A stretch of DNA of 64,000 bases from Bugula neritina (lineage: Eukaryota; Animalia; Bryozoa): NCBI GenBank assembly GCA_964035545.1, contig OZ037765.1, positions 434,001 through 498,000 of the forward strand. Direction: 5' to 3'. Of this stretch, positions 63,521 to 64,000 are shown piece by piece. A model generated the notes under the pieces. It saw nothing but the letters and a program-made list of their open reading frames with translations, had not been told where the DNA came from and made no database searches. A program made the position numbers and the translations under genes. Positions within the stretch are counted from its first letter, which is position 1. Each line of letters begins with the position of its first letter.

Positions 63521-64000
63521 TTATATCATAGGCAACATGCTCTCTATAGTCTTCTTCCCTTGGCTATACTTCTTAGTAGCCCAAAATGTGCCAAAGTGCA
63601 AGCCAGGGCTAACCATCACTCTGTAGCATGTTGGAACAAGGGACAGGTGTACAGAGAGAGTTTCTGTAATTGCTCAGAAGTGTGTGGGTGGGATCAGGAA
63701 TGGTTTCTAGTAAGTATTTCTCATATGCTGCCTTCCAATGTCGGGTTTGCAGACTGAATGTGTTCCAAGGTACACCAGGTTCTCACATCACACTTCCTAC
63801 AGGAAGGTGGCAGCTGTTAGAGTTGTAAATTCCTCAAGGGGTTATTCTGTATCTACTAGAAGTTATCATCTCATTATATAATGGCTAGTTTATAGCCCTT
63901 GACTATTCCACTTGAAACTCTGCACCTGTTAGTCTCTCAGACTGTATAAATATATATAAGCAGAGGTGGAGAGGGAAATGCGCATACAGACGTATTAGTA

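Overview
AT-rich, intron-dense animal genomic DNA, most likely a lophotrochozoan-type invertebrate (inference). Seven protein-coding genes were assembled by hand with phase-consistent splice sites. (1) A complete IKKalpha/beta (+, 1-8208, 19 exons, ~744 aa). (2) A non-RD Ser/Thr kinase with a long Ser-rich N-terminus (+, 10346-13808). (3) A canonical noggin (-, 18062-18871) in a long non-coding region. (4) UTP6 (-, 27507-47983, 18 exons, ~589 aa). (5) An unrecognised type-III transmembrane adaptor-like gene (+, 38193-39324, GC-AG intron), nested antisense in the 9.7-kb UTP6 intron 12. (6) DMC1 (+, 48611-52989), head-to-head with UTP6 and carrying a clear U12 intron. (7) A ~1290-aa LRR-Roc-COR (Roco GTPase) protein spliced in frame to a complete caspase p20/p10 domain with an atypical HACSG active site (-, 53994-62563). 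The Roco-caspase fusion is the strongest candidate for an undescribed system: a possible one-chain sensor/GTP-switch/protease, with modular 144-nt LRR exons. Many introns are filled with minisatellites, several built from the splice site itself; most long ORFs in the supplied track are artefacts of these repeats. Two non-autonomous TIR transposons are also visible. All calls come from reading the sequence; no searches were run.
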